A stretch of 64,000 nucleotides of DNA from Planctomycetota bacterium. Its GTDB lineage: Bacteria > Planctomycetota > UBA1135 > UBA2386. Shown here in pieces: positions 31,222-41,164 of the stretch (position 1 is the stretch's first letter; each line of letters opens with the position of its first letter). Position numbers and translations under genes: made by a program. The stretch covers positions 7,232,001 to 7,296,000 of the forward strand of contig OZ245006.1 of assembly GCA_965223545.1 (NCBI GenBank). Direction: 5' to 3'. A model generated the notes under the pieces. It did no database searches. It worked only from the letters and a program-made list of their open reading frames with translations, and had not been told where the DNA came from.

Positions 31222-32457
31222 TTGGCTCGTCGATCGCCGGTCTTGCTGGTGTTGCTGGTCTCTCTGGTCTCGCTGATCGCGGTGGGGAGTGCGCGGGCGC
31301 AGGGGGAGGTGTCGGTGCCGCCGGTTTCGCTGGCGCCGTTCGGGGCGCTCGACGCGTTGGGCGAGAAGTCGTCCTGTCGGCGTTGTGGGCGCACGGGTCA
31401 CCGCGCCTGCAAGCGCCACGGGCGCGATGGTCTGGCTGTGGAGGCCGCGGTGGTGCACTGCAGCGTTGCCACCGAGTGTCGCGAATGCGCAGGCGCGCTG
31501 GCGCGCGATTGCGCGCACTGCGCGGTTGCCGCGGTCGAGGTCGCCCTCGATGAGCGTCGCCGCGCGCACGCGGACTGGCTCGCCGCGCAGCGCGCGCGTG
31601 TCGATGCGCACCTGGACGGAGACACCGTGTTGCACGCGCAGTCCGCGCACGTCGACCTCGCGTTCGGCATCGGTCCGTTGACCGTGGGCCGCGCCAAGCT
31701 CGACGGGCACCGGCTGATGCACCTCTATCTCGAGCGGTTGGAGGCGCTGCGCAGCGACGTGCTCGAGGTCTTCGGCTTGTCGGACGCCGACTTCTCGACG
31801 CGGCTGACCGTGCTGATGTTTGCCGACCGCGAGCACCACCGGCAGCTCGCACCGCGGGTGGCCGGCGGCGGGGCCGAGGCCGTCGGCATGAAGCAGATGG
31901 GCGTCGAGGCGACCTATTGCATGTGGCACGACCGGCGGCTGATGCCCGGAGACGAGGAGCTGCATCGCACCGTCGTGCACAACGTCGCCCATCTGTTGCT
32001 CGGCAACCAGGCGCCGGCGATGTGGCTCGGCAACCGCGGTCACGGTTGGATCGACGAAGGCGTGGCGCACTGGTTCGAGGACCGGCTCACCGGCAAGTGC
32101 CTCACGTATTGCTACGAGGAGATCGCGTTCGTTCCGGGCCCATTCAAGGGCGGGCGTTGGCGGGTGCCGGTGCGGCAGTTCGTCGAACGCCGGGCGCTGC
32201 GGCCGTTTGCCGTCGTCGTGCGCAAGAACACCGACGAGCTCGACGCGCAGGACCGGGCCCAGGCGTTCGCCTACGTCGACTTCTTGATCGACCACTGCGG
32301 TGGGCGCAGGCTCGCGGCCCTGATCCGGGCGCTCAAGCGCAAGCAGCCGCTGCACGAGGCCTTGGCGGAGACCTGCGGCCTCAAGATGCTACATTTCGAC
32401 GAGATGTTCGCAGAATGGGTACGGGCGCACTATCCGGTGCGGGAGGAGCGGCGGTGA
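31222..32457 (+). CDS. Secreted Cys-rich protein with a peptidase MA-like domain lacking the catalytic Glu
   Basis: GAGGA then TTG 31222; signal peptide ...ARA-QG; CxxC clusters; HNVAH...WIDEGVAHW. Confidence 0.7.
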   Translation: MARRSPVLLVLLVSLVSLIAVGSARAQGEVSVPPVSLAPFGALDALGEKSSCRRCGRTGHRACKRHGRDGLAVEAAVVHCSVATECRECAGALARDCAHCAVAAVEVALDERRRAHADWLAAQRARVDAHLDGDTVLHAQSAHVDLAFGIGPLTVGRAKLDGHRLMHLYLERLEALRSDVLEVFGLSDADFSTRLTVLMFADREHHRQLAPRVAGGGAEAVGMKQMGVEATYCMWHDRRLMPGDEELHRTVVHNVAHLLLGNQAPAMWLGNRGHGWIDEGVAHWFEDRLTGKCLTYCYEEIAFVPGPFKGGRWRVPVRQFVERRALRPFAVVVRKNTDELDAQDRAQAFAYVDFLIDHCGGRRLAALIRALKRKQPLHEALAETCGLKMLHFDEMFAEWVRAHYPVREERR

Positions 32458-33986
32458 GGTGGCAGGGACGCAGTCGAGGGCGCGCGATCGCGGCGCTGGC
32501 ATCGCTCGTGGGACTGGTCGCCGCCGACCTGGCCGCGCAGCCGCAGCGGGACCGCCGCGTGTTCGCGCACGTGATGCAGCTGCGCCACCGCGTCTGGGCC
32601 GAGGCGCGCGGCGCCGATGCCGAGATCCGCGCCGCGGTCGCGCGGCTGCTGGCCGAGGATCGCTCCGGCAACCCGCTGCTGCCACTGCGTCGTGCGCAGG
32701 CATTGCTGCGCGGCGTCGACGCCGACGCGGCGTTTCTGTGGCGTGGTGGCCTGCTGCTGCTGGCGACGCCGGAGGTGCCCGACGCGACTCCCGACGATCC
32801 CGCGGAAGCGATGCCGCACTTTCCCGACGTCCACCTGACGATGCACTTGCCGTTTCCGATTGCCGAGGTCGGCGCCATGCGCTTCGACCTGCGCGTCCTC
32901 GACGCGGAGGGTGAAGAGCGCTGGCGAGGCCAGCTGGCGGCGGATGCGGTCACCGACCTGCGGCAGTTCTCGACGACGACGACGGCGCCGTTGGCGGAGC
33001 TCGAGGACGGCAGCTACCGGGTCGCGGTGGACGCGTTCACTGGCGACGAAGGACCGCGGCCGGGCGATCCGGTGGCGACCGCCGAGTTCCACGTCAAGCG
33101 CGGCTTCCCCGAGGCGGCACTGGCGTTGCAGCGGCGGTTCGAAGCCTTGTCCGTCGACGATCGCAGCGCGCGGTTGCTGCGCGGCGCGCTCGCCGGCCTG
33201 TCGCGGGTCTTCTACGGCGAGCCCGCCGCCGGCCGCAGCCGCCCGCTCGACGAGCTGGCACGCGCCGAGGCGATGCTCGACAACGCCGAACGTGGCCGGC
33301 CGGTTCTCGACGGCCTGCGCGGCTGGGTCACGGTGGCGGTGCGCACGGGCGACGACGAGACCGGTCAACTCGCGCTGCGTTTACCGGCCGACGACACGCC
33401 GCGCCCGCTGGTGTTGTTCGTTCCCGGCACCCCGGCGTGGGACCCGCACTGGCGGCGGCCGACGTCGCCGCGCAGCACTGCGCCACAGTGGTTGGCGGAG
33501 GTGCTCGAAGCGGCCGAGTTCGACGCCGAGGGCGAGTGGCACCTGGCGGTGCTGCAGTCACCGGGCGACTTCGCCAGCGCTCCGGGTGCGATCACCGAGG
33601 CGGTGGCCGAGCTGCGCGCGCTGCTGCCGGTTGCCGGCGGCGTGGTCCTCGCCGGCGAGCGCGACGGGGCGGTGGCGTTGTCCCTGGCGATGACGCGCGC
33701 GCCCGAGCTCGCCCGCGCGGTGGTCCTCGCCGGGGGCGGCGGCCTGCCCGTCGACCTGCCCGAGTCGGTGGCGCGCACGTCCTGGCTGCTGCTCGAGGCG
33801 GTGGGCGAGAGCGGCAACGAGAACCTGCAGCGCGCCGCCAAGTACCTGAGCGACGCCGGCGCTGAAGTGAGGCTGGAGGCGGCCGGTGCACGACCCTGGG
33901 CGTGGCCCCTGGCACACTCGCTGGCCGAGATCGCGGCCTTCACTTCTGCGGCGTTGGCCGCGCCAGCACGATCCACTGGTCGCTGA
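32454..33986 (+). CDS. Secreted protein with a C-terminal alpha/beta-hydrolase-like fold and degenerate nucleophile
   Basis: GTG overlaps the upstream stop; RPLVLFVPG, VVLAGERDGA (where GxSxG is expected) and PELARAVVLAGG. Confidence 0.6.
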   Translation: MRWQGRSRGRAIAALASLVGLVAADLAAQPQRDRRVFAHVMQLRHRVWAEARGADAEIRAAVARLLAEDRSGNPLLPLRRAQALLRGVDADAAFLWRGGLLLLATPEVPDATPDDPAEAMPHFPDVHLTMHLPFPIAEVGAMRFDLRVLDAEGEERWRGQLAADAVTDLRQFSTTTTAPLAELEDGSYRVAVDAFTGDEGPRPGDPVATAEFHVKRGFPEAALALQRRFEALSVDDRSARLLRGALAGLSRVFYGEPAAGRSRPLDELARAEAMLDNAERGRPVLDGLRGWVTVAVRTGDDETGQLALRLPADDTPRPLVLFVPGTPAWDPHWRRPTSPRSTAPQWLAEVLEAAEFDAEGEWHLAVLQSPGDFASAPGAITEAVAELRALLPVAGGVVLAGERDGAVALSLAMTRAPELARAVVLAGGGGLPVDLPESVARTSWLLLEAVGESGNENLQRAAKYLSDAGAEVRLEAAGARPWAWPLAHSLAEIAAFTSAALAAPARSTGR

Positions 33987-34566
33987 CGAAGCGGCACAAC
34001 GGTCGCTCGATGACGGGCGCGAGGCCGGCTGCGGCGAGGTCTCGGTGCAGCTGGCGGCGGGTGATGGCGCAGCGGCCGCTGCGGCGCTTGCCCAGCCGGC
34101 GCGCGGCGAGCCTTCGCCAGTGCTGCAGACTGACGCTGTGGAAGAACGACAGCAGCACCGCGTCGCGCGCCACGCGGCGCAACTCGCACAGCACGGCGAC
34201 GCGCTCCTCTGCCGCCGGCAGGTGGTGCAGCAGGCGCATGCAGAGCGCGCCGGCGAACGCGTCGTCGGCGAACGGCAGCGCCAGGGCCGACGCGCGCGCG
34301 CGGGCCATGCCGTGCTGCGGGCACGCGCGCAGCATGGCCGCATCTCGATCGACCTGGACCACGGGGCCGGGCAGCAGATCGCTCAGTCGGCCGGCGCCGG
34401 ACGGCACATCCAGCCAGGGACCATCCCCGTCCACGGTGCGCAGCAAGGCGCGCAGCGCGGCGGTCTCGCGCCGGTGGGTCGCGGGGCCGGCGCCGACGGT
34501 GAAGCGCCGGTCGCGGTAGCGCTCGGCGTAGCCGGGCTCGCGCAGGTATGGAGTCTCGACCACCAT
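33940..34566 (-). CDS. Class I SAM-dependent methyltransferase
   Basis: WLDVPSGAGRL and LPFADDAF..ALCMRLLHHL..ELRRVAR motifs. Confidence 0.82.
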   Translation of the reverse strand: MVVETPYLREPGYAERYRDRRFTVGAGPATHRRETAALRALLRTVDGDGPWLDVPSGAGRLSDLLPGPVVQVDRDAAMLRACPQHGMARARASALALPFADDAFAGALCMRLLHHLPAAEERVAVLCELRRVARDAVLLSFFHSVSLQHWRRLAARRLGKRRSGRCAITRRQLHRDLAAAGLAPVIERPLCRFVSDQWIVLARPTPQK

Positions 34567-34592
34567 GCCGGAGTGCAACAGCGTAGCCGCTG

Positions 34593-35486
34593 TCAGTCGC
34601 CGCGCGCCGCAGACTCTGTCGATGACCACTCATCGAGCAGCGTCGCCAGCCACGGCCAGACGCCACGGAAGTGCGCGACGTGGTGGGCCGCGTCCTCGCC
34701 GCCGTAACCGCGCACCTCGAGTCCGCCGCGGACCGCGCGGCTGCGGCGCGGCAGGCCGTCGCCGTCCTCGCCGCGCCAGGGCCCGCGTGCCACTCCGGTC
34801 GCCGCGAGAACCGCATCTGCGCAGGCCGTCGTGCTGGCGTAGGTGCGCGGGTCGATCGCGCTGTGGCTGATCCAGAGCCGGCCGGTGCCGGCGGCTGCGC
34901 GCCGGGCATAGGCGCAGAACGGCGCCATCTGTGCCGGGTCGGGATGGCCTTCGACCAACCCTGCGTGCAGACCGTCCGCCAGCAGGATTGCCGCGGGCGG
35001 CGGTGTGCGCGGGTCGCGCAGTACCGCGCGGACGCCGCCATATCCGGCGGAGAACGCGGTCAGAACCACGCGGCGCAGCGGCAGGCGACGGCCGGTGGCG
35101 CGCTGCACTGCGGCGCGGGCCTGTTTGCACAGGGCGGCGAATGCGCCGGGAGTCGCAAACCGGCGCTCGTAGACGCTGGACAGCCCGTCGCGGTGCAACG
35201 CCACCAGCACCGCGTCGTCGCGCTCCATGCCGGTGAACGCCGACGCGGCGCGCGCGCGGTCGCCGTGCAGGTGCACGACGAGCACCGGGTCGCGGTCGGG
35301 ATCGAGCGCGGGGATGGTCAGGGTCGCGTCGTCGGCGAGCACCAGGGCGGTCGGTCGCGTCGCGGCTGGCTCGGCCGCGGGGGAGACCAGCGGTGGGGCA
35401 GAGCACGCGCCGAGCAGAAGCAAGGGCATGGCCCGATGGGGTGGGCGAGTCGCGCTCCGTCTGGGCACGGCGCCAGCATACGTCAA
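34593..35486 (-). CDS. Putative lipoprotein with an alpha/beta-hydrolase-like fold (start uncertain)
   Basis: LLGAC lipobox; VVHLHG, AFSAGYGGV and LADGLH motifs. Confidence 0.6.
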   Translation of the reverse strand: MTYAGAVPRRSATRPPHRAMPLLLLGACSAPPLVSPAAEPAATRPTALVLADDATLTIPALDPDRDPVLVVHLHGDRARAASAFTGMERDDAVLVALHRDGLSSVYERRFATPGAFAALCKQARAAVQRATGRRLPLRRVVLTAFSAGYGGVRAVLRDPRTPPPAAILLADGLHAGLVEGHPDPAQMAPFCAYARRAAAGTGRLWISHSAIDPRTYASTTACADAVLAATGVARGPWRGEDGDGLPRRSRAVRGGLEVRGYGGEDAAHHVAHFRGVWPWLATLLDEWSSTESAARGD

Positions 35487-35554
35487 GCCGCGCGGCCGCG
35501 AGTGCCGAAGAAACCGACGGTCTGCTCCCGTTGCCGAAGTTCAAGGACGTCCGC

Positions 35555-35830
35555 ATGAACCACGATTCCTCCGACACCACCGTCCACGACCGCCGCGATC
35601 AGGCGCGCGCGGTGCATGAAGGCGACGTCGCCGTCGAGTTCGTCCCGCAGACCCTCGTCGGGCCGGGCCAGAACATCTCCGACGAGGGCGTGTTCTTCGT
35701 CGCCGACGGCGCCCTCACCGTGCGCGTCGACGTCGGCGACGGCACCCAGCGCGAGGCCGAGATCGTCCGCGTCCAGTCGATGGGCGAGGGTCGGGTCGGC
35801 GTCGCCGTGCGCTTCCGCGGCGGCAGCTGA
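35555..35830 (+). CDS. Stand-alone PilZ domain protein
   Basis: RRDQAR (RxxxR), NISDEG (D/NxSxxG) and VGVAVRF. Confidence 0.8.
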   Translation: MNHDSSDTTVHDRRDQARAVHEGDVAVEFVPQTLVGPGQNISDEGVFFVADGALTVRVDVGDGTQREAEIVRVQSMGEGRVGVAVRFRGGS

Positions 35831-35868
35831 GGCGCCGCGGCGCGGCGGCGGCTATCATTGCGCCGCCG

Positions 35869-36378
35869 ATGGGTGATCTGCGCGACCAGCTGAAGAAGGC
35901 CAAGCTGCTGTCCAAGAAGGACGCCAAGCGCTTGGCGCACGAAGAGCGCGTGCACCGCAGCCAGGTCGGTCGCGAGGGCCTCGAGCGGGAGCAGGCCGAG
36001 CGCCGCGCCGCGATCGAGCAGCAGCGCAGCGAGCAACGCCAGCACACCGCCGAGGTGCAGGCCGAGCTCGATGCGGCCCGCCGTGCCGCCGCCGAGCGCG
36101 CGGCTTGCGAGGACATCCTGGCCCGCGAGGTGGTACAGCCGCATGCGCGTGGCGGGCGGCGCTGGTACTTCGAAGTCGAGGACGGCAGCTTGCCGTGGCT
36201 CGAGATCGACGAGGCGCTGCACTTCCAGCTGCAATCGGGCCACTACTGGGTGGTGCGCACGGGCGCCCCCGGCAGTCACGTGTACGGCCTGCTCGAGGCC
36301 GAGCAGGCGCGGCGGGTGTTTGCCGCGATCCCCGATGTGGTGGTGTGGGCCCCCGGCGGGGTGCCTCAAGCGGGCTGA
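35869..36378 (+). CDS. DUF2058 (YaiL-like) family protein
   Basis: MGDLRDQLKKAKLLSKK N-terminus, coiled coil, YF...G...QL.SG. Confidence 0.7.
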   Translation: MGDLRDQLKKAKLLSKKDAKRLAHEERVHRSQVGREGLEREQAERRAAIEQQRSEQRQHTAEVQAELDAARRAAAERAACEDILAREVVQPHARGGRRWYFEVEDGSLPWLEIDEALHFQLQSGHYWVVRTGAPGSHVYGLLEAEQARRVFAAIPDVVVWAPGGVPQAG

Positions 36379-36438
36379 CCGGCGCCGGGGAGCGCCGATT
36401 TCTCGACCCGGCCCGGCCCTCGCGGTCACAGTGGTGGT

Positions 36439-36972
36439 GTGAGACCCTCACCGGTCGCCGGTCCCGCGATGCGCCGCCCGCGGGATCCCGATGCCGCGCG
36501 CCGCGCGCTGGATCAGGTTTGGCGCTATCTGCGCGTCCTGGGGGCGGACGCGGACGAGGCCGAGGAGCTGGCGCAGGATGCGTTCGTCGCCCTGCTCCAG
36601 GTCGAACGCGAGCATCCTCGCGAGACCCCGCTGGGATGGCTCCGCGCCACGGCGCGGCGCATGTGGTGGGCGCGCTGCCGCGCTGACGACCGGCGTCGCC
36701 GCGCGCTGCAGATGGTGGGGGATGCCATCGAGACGGCCTGGGCCGAGTACGAGGGCGACGACGATGGCGACGGCTACCGCGACGCGCTCGGTCTGTGTCT
36801 GTCCGCGCTGTCGGCGGACGATCGGGTCGCGATCGAGGCGTGCTACCGCGACGGCCGGCCGCGCGCGGAGGTGGCGGCCGCGCTCGGCCTGGGCCCGGAG
36901 GCGTTGAAGAGCCGGTTGCGGCGCTGCAAGCAGCGGCTGCGGAAGTGCATCGAACGGAGGCTTAGCCGATGA
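36439..36972 (+). CDS. ECF sigma-70 factor
   Basis: EAEELAQDAF, WLR.TAR and EVAAALG..EALKSRLRRCKQRLRKCIE motifs. Confidence 0.88.
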   Translation: MRPSPVAGPAMRRPRDPDAARRALDQVWRYLRVLGADADEAEELAQDAFVALLQVEREHPRETPLGWLRATARRMWWARCRADDRRRRALQMVGDAIETAWAEYEGDDDGDGYRDALGLCLSALSADDRVAIEACYRDGRPRAEVAAALGLGPEALKSRLRRCKQRLRKCIERRLSR

Positions 36973-38624
36973 CCGAGTCGATCGAGAGGGCGCGGGAGGC
37001 CGTGCTCGAGATGGCGCTGGACGAGGCGGTGGGAAACCGGCGGCCGCCGGTCGAGTGGCCCGTGCTGCGGCAACGCGTGCCGCCGCGTGCACTGTCCCGC
37101 CCGCGACCCTGGCTTTGGGCCGCTGCCGTGCTCGTGATCGGCGGCGCCGTGTTGCTGGCCGTGCATGGCTTGACGGGTCCCGGGCCCCGCGAGGCCACCC
37201 TGCCCGCCGAGCGCCGCCCTTTGGATGCGCCGGCATCGCTCGACGAGGTGCGGCAATGGTTGGCGGTCGCGCCGATCGAGGTTGCGACGCTCACGCCGGT
37301 CTCGCTCTACGACGCGGCCGCACAACGCAGCGTGTCGCTGCGTCCGTTGCCGCTCGAGGGGTTGTTCCGCTACGACACGTCGGAGGCTCTCGACGACGAC
37401 CTCCGCCGCCAGCTGCGTGTCGCGCTGCGCGACGCCCGGCAGTCGACCGCCGCGTTCGCGGCGGCTCCCGGTGAGCACGAGCTCGTGCTGCACCTCGGTG
37501 CGGCGCCGGGCGGTGAATCGCGCCGCCTGCTCCTCCGCCTGCGCGGTGGGGCGCGCGAGCCGCACCAAGCAGAGCGCACCCTGCACGCAGCGGTGGTCGG
37601 CAAACGTGCCGACTGGGTCGTGGGGCTGCCGGCACCGCTGCGGCGCGAGCTGCTCTTGGTGTGCGATGCAGTGACGCGCGCGGTGGTGCAGGGGCGGGGG
37701 ATCGTGTTCGGCGGTGACGCCTTGGCGGCCCTGCCGGCGGACACGACCCGGCTCGCGGTCCACCGTGTGCCGGCCAGCGGTGCGTTGCAGCTCGAACGCT
37801 TGAGCGCGCTCACCCACCTCGACCTGCGCGGCAGCCCGGCATTGCACCACGCGACCGCGTTGGGCCGCCTCCGCGCTTGTAAGGACCTGGCTTCGCTGAC
37901 GCTCGATGGGCGCCACCTCGACCAAGCCGCGATCCAGGTGTTGGGTGGCCTGCATCCGCTGCGCGAGCTGTTTCTGATCTCGGTCGAGGACGATCTCGCT
38001 CGGCTGTTGGCCGAGATGAGGATGGCTCCGGCCGACGTGCAGGTCGACGACACGGCGGCTGCGGTGCTGGCGCGGCTGCGCGGCCTGCGCGAGCTGGTCG
38101 TCAGCGGCCCGCGGTTGACCGACGCCGGGCTCGCCCAACTCGCCCGCCTGCGAGAGTTGCGCAGCCTCGCGCTGGTGAACGCCGATGAGGTGCGCGGCAC
38201 CGGCATGCACGCGTTCGCCGGCCACCCGGCGCTGCGGTCGGTGTGGCTCGCCGGCGAGCAGCTCGAGTTGCCCGCGCTCGCGGCGGCGCTCGCGAACACC
38301 GAGGTCGACACGTTGGTCTGCACGCTCGATCCGCGGAGCGATGCAGTGGCGCTTCCCCTGTTGGCGCACTGCCCTGGGTTGAGCGAGCTGACCTTGGACG
38401 CCTGCGGTAGAGAGGCGTCCGCCGCGGAGTGGCGGATGCTGTTCGAGGGACTGCGTGCCTCGAGGGTCGAGAAGCTCGGTTTGCTGCGCGCCGGCGTCAC
38501 CGACCGCGACCTCGACGTGCTCCGGTCGCTGCCCGCGCTCGAGTCCGTCGATCTCGTCGATTGCCCTCGGCTCACAGCTGGGGTGGAGCAGCGGTTGGCG
38601 CCGCTGCGCATCGATCGCTGGTGA
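36969..38624 (+). CDS. Membrane-anchored leucine-rich-repeat protein, putative anti-sigma factor
   Basis: ATGA overlap with the ECF gene, one TM helix, LRRs (LTDAGLAQLARLRELRSLAL). Confidence 0.75.
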   Translation: MTESIERAREAVLEMALDEAVGNRRPPVEWPVLRQRVPPRALSRPRPWLWAAAVLVIGGAVLLAVHGLTGPGPREATLPAERRPLDAPASLDEVRQWLAVAPIEVATLTPVSLYDAAAQRSVSLRPLPLEGLFRYDTSEALDDDLRRQLRVALRDARQSTAAFAAAPGEHELVLHLGAAPGGESRRLLLRLRGGAREPHQAERTLHAAVVGKRADWVVGLPAPLRRELLLVCDAVTRAVVQGRGIVFGGDALAALPADTTRLAVHRVPASGALQLERLSALTHLDLRGSPALHHATALGRLRACKDLASLTLDGRHLDQAAIQVLGGLHPLRELFLISVEDDLARLLAEMRMAPADVQVDDTAAAVLARLRGLRELVVSGPRLTDAGLAQLARLRELRSLALVNADEVRGTGMHAFAGHPALRSVWLAGEQLELPALAAALANTEVDTLVCTLDPRSDAVALPLLAHCPGLSELTLDACGREASAAEWRMLFEGLRASRVEKLGLLRAGVTDRDLDVLRSLPALESVDLVDCPRLTAGVEQRLAPLRIDRW

Positions 38625-38726
38625 GGTTCGCCGCACGCCTCGAGCGTTGCCGTGGGATGAAGTTTGTTGGCCGGTTTCGCAGGCGCCTTGCGCACCCATG
38701 AGCAGAACCGTCTACGGCACGCCATC

Positions 38727-38969
38727 ATGACCGCAGCCCACGAACCCTCGACTCCAGATCGGGTCTACGACGCCGGCGACACCCTCTGTGGCGAGCTCGC
38801 GCTGACGCTGCGCTCCGAGCTGCGGGCGATGGCCCCGGGCGCAGTGCTCGAGGTGATCGCCAGGGATTCCGCTGCTCGACAGGATCTTCCCGCGTGGTGC
38901 GAGATCACGGGCCACACCCTGATGCGCGCGGACCACCCACACTACTGGATTCGGCGCAAAGCCGACTGA
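38727..38969 (+). CDS. TusA/SirA-family sulfur carrier
   Basis: YDAGDTLCGE...GAVLEVIARD....DLPAWC..TGH. Confidence 0.82.
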   Translation: MTAAHEPSTPDRVYDAGDTLCGELALTLRSELRAMAPGAVLEVIARDSAARQDLPAWCEITGHTLMRADHPHYWIRRKAD

Positions 38970-38984
38970 CCCACCCAAAGGCCG

Positions 38985-39344
38985 ATGAGCAAGTTCGTTG
39001 TCTCTCTCTCGCGCGGCAAGGAAGACCCGGACCGGGCCACCGTCGCCTTCACCTTGGCGAACGCCGCTGTCGGCTGCGAACAGGAGACCGTGGTGTTCCT
39101 CAGCAGCGAGGGTGTGCGGCTGGCGATCGAGGGCTACGCCGATGACGTGGCCGAGACCGGCTTCACGCCGCTTGCGGAGCTGATGCGCAAGTTCGTCGAG
39201 GGCGGTGGCCAGCTCTACACGTGCTTGCCGTGCTTCAACAAGCGCGGTCTCGACGAGAACGCCGTCGTGCCGGGCACGGTGATCGTCGGCGGCGCCAAGC
39301 TGGTTGCGTTCATGGCCAGCGGCGCGCCGAGCGTGAGCTACTGA
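38985..39344 (+). CDS. DsrE/DsrF-family protein
   Basis: VFLSSEGV and YTCLPC..RGL motifs. Confidence 0.85.
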   Translation: MSKFVVSLSRGKEDPDRATVAFTLANAAVGCEQETVVFLSSEGVRLAIEGYADDVAETGFTPLAELMRKFVEGGGQLYTCLPCFNKRGLDENAVVPGTVIVGGAKLVAFMASGAPSVSY

Positions 39345-39523
39345 GCGTCCGGGGCCGCAAATCTTCGCGCGGCGACAACCTTTCGGAAGGCTCGATGCCG
39401 CTGGCACTTCGACAACGCAGCTCCCGGAGGCTCGAAGACAACACCGGCGTCTGCGCTCAGCGCGGCCGCCCGGGACCGCTGGAATCGCAGGCTCCGCTAC
39501 TCTCGCGGCGCGCTCGGCCTTTG
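39341..39523 (+). repeat. Family B dispersed repeat copy, interrupted by IS110 (continues at 41462-41473)
   Basis: 39341-39379 matches the reverse complement of 50486-50524 at 36/39; 39455-39523 matches the reverse complement of 55337-55405 at 48/69 without gaps. Confidence 0.7.
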
Positions 39524-39586
39524 ATATCTCCTAAGTCATGTCAAGGGGTTTTCGCTGGGGCTCGACATCGCGTGTGCACGGCTTGT

Positions 39587-41089
39587 TCAGGACTCTTCCA
39601 CAAGACCAGGGAAGTGTTCTTGCATGAGATCACCGATCGGGTGAGGTTGACGTGGGGATTCCACGGCCAGGCCTGTGGCGTCCATTGGGCGGCCACTCAA
39701 GTCCCTCGTCGTCGGAGTCCCCACTCGTCCCTGTCGCCGTTGGTCGCGCTCATGCCGCTGTGGCGCGACGATGCTGCGCGTGAACTTGGCTGCGATGAGC
39801 GCGCGCGCGGCAACCTTCGTGAGCTCGTTGCCGTCGGCGTCTCGCAGGACGTAGCGGACTTGCGTCGACGCCGGCTTGTCATCGGCGCGCTGGCTGTCGC
39901 GACGCTTCAGGAGGGCGTAGACGCGGCGCGCCATCTTGCCAGCCAATGCGATGAGGATGAGGTTGTGGTGATCACCTGCGGCGTAGCGGCGAGCGTAGTA
40001 CGCCGCGAAATCCGGATCCCACTGGCGAGCGACGTCAGCTGCTAGGTAGAGGTACTTCTTGAGTACTCGTTGGCCGGTTTTGGTGATTGGCATCGAGGGG
40101 TCGCTCATGCCCGTCTGCTTCCGGCGTGGACACAGTCCGCAGTAGCTCACGAACTTCTTGCCGTTCGAGAACCGCGCGATGTCGCCTACCAAGGCTTCGA
40201 TGGCCGCAGCGATCGTGGGACCGACGCCGCGCAGTTGCTCGAGTGTTCGGTCAGGATCGACGCCCAGGTAGAGCTTCTTGATCTTTGCGTCGAGCTTGCG
40301 AACGTCCGTGTTCTTGCGCTCGATCTCATCCAGCTCGTACACCACATCCTCTTGGATGGCCTCGTAGTCGAACGGCATCTGCCCCGCAGCTCGCAGCTCA
40401 GCGTAGTACTCGGCGGCCTGTCGGCAGGACTCGAGCACGCGGTCGACCAAGCACGGGTCATGCGTTCCCTTGGATCGCTTCGTCAAGAAGCGCTCCAAGC
40501 GACTCTTCCCAAGGCCGACCGCTTTCACCGGATCGACGTAGCGCCGCAGAAACCCCATCTTAGCGGCACTGAACTTCTCTGCCCCCAAGGCCTTCATGAG
40601 GCTGGGATTCGCCAGTACCAGTATCGCGTGCACACGACGCTTGTGGTCGCTGAGCTCGCGCGCCAACCGCTCACGCCGCTTCACGAGTCGACGGATCGTC
40701 GTCTCGTCGGCAGTTGGAACACGCAGCTGGTGGACGCCCTTTGGATCCATCTGCGGCAGACGCGCAGCGGCCTCGGCGTCTACTACGTCGGTTTTGGTGT
40801 GCTTGCTATAGAACTTCCGCAGGTCGCTCAGCTTCTGTGGTTTGCTCACGTAGATCTGGAACCCTGCGGCGTTCACGTGCGCCGCGATGGGCAGCCACGC
40901 CAACCCCGTTGGTTCCATCACGAAGCTCACCGGACCCTCGGCACCTTCCTGTGCACGGCGCAGCAGAAGGTCAATACCCTCACGGCTGTTCTCGACTGAA
41001 AACGGTCTGCCCCGAGACTTCGCACCATCCAGAACGACGGCTCGGTGCTTGCTCCTCAAGCCGAGATCCAATCCAACGAATCGATTCAT
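39587..41089 (-). CDS. IS110-family DEDD recombinase/transposase, 500 aa
   Basis: VGLDLG, MEPTG and KTDVVDA (DEDD); LRGVGP..A, SYCGLCP..KQTG, ITKTG and IALAGKMAR motifs; GGAGG RBS. Confidence 0.95.
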   Translation of the reverse strand: MNRFVGLDLGLRSKHRAVVLDGAKSRGRPFSVENSREGIDLLLRRAQEGAEGPVSFVMEPTGLAWLPIAAHVNAAGFQIYVSKPQKLSDLRKFYSKHTKTDVVDAEAAARLPQMDPKGVHQLRVPTADETTIRRLVKRRERLARELSDHKRRVHAILVLANPSLMKALGAEKFSAAKMGFLRRYVDPVKAVGLGKSRLERFLTKRSKGTHDPCLVDRVLESCRQAAEYYAELRAAGQMPFDYEAIQEDVVYELDEIERKNTDVRKLDAKIKKLYLGVDPDRTLEQLRGVGPTIAAAIEALVGDIARFSNGKKFVSYCGLCPRRKQTGMSDPSMPITKTGQRVLKKYLYLAADVARQWDPDFAAYYARRYAAGDHHNLILIALAGKMARRVYALLKRRDSQRADDKPASTQVRYVLRDADGNELTKVAARALIAAKFTRSIVAPQRHERDQRRQGRVGTPTTRDLSGRPMDATGLAVESPRQPHPIGDLMQEHFPGLVEES

Positions 41090-41164
41090 GTCCCCTCCAT
41101 GTTCAACGAGTGAGTGTCGACGAGAGGACTCTCCCTACCCGCGCAGTCCGCCTGAGGAGGCGAG

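Noticed and set aside
39527..39544. Complete junction promoter formed on IS110 circularisation
   Set aside because: TTGACA is present at the right end, but no convincing -10 hexamer falls 16-18 bp downstream in the reconstructed junction.
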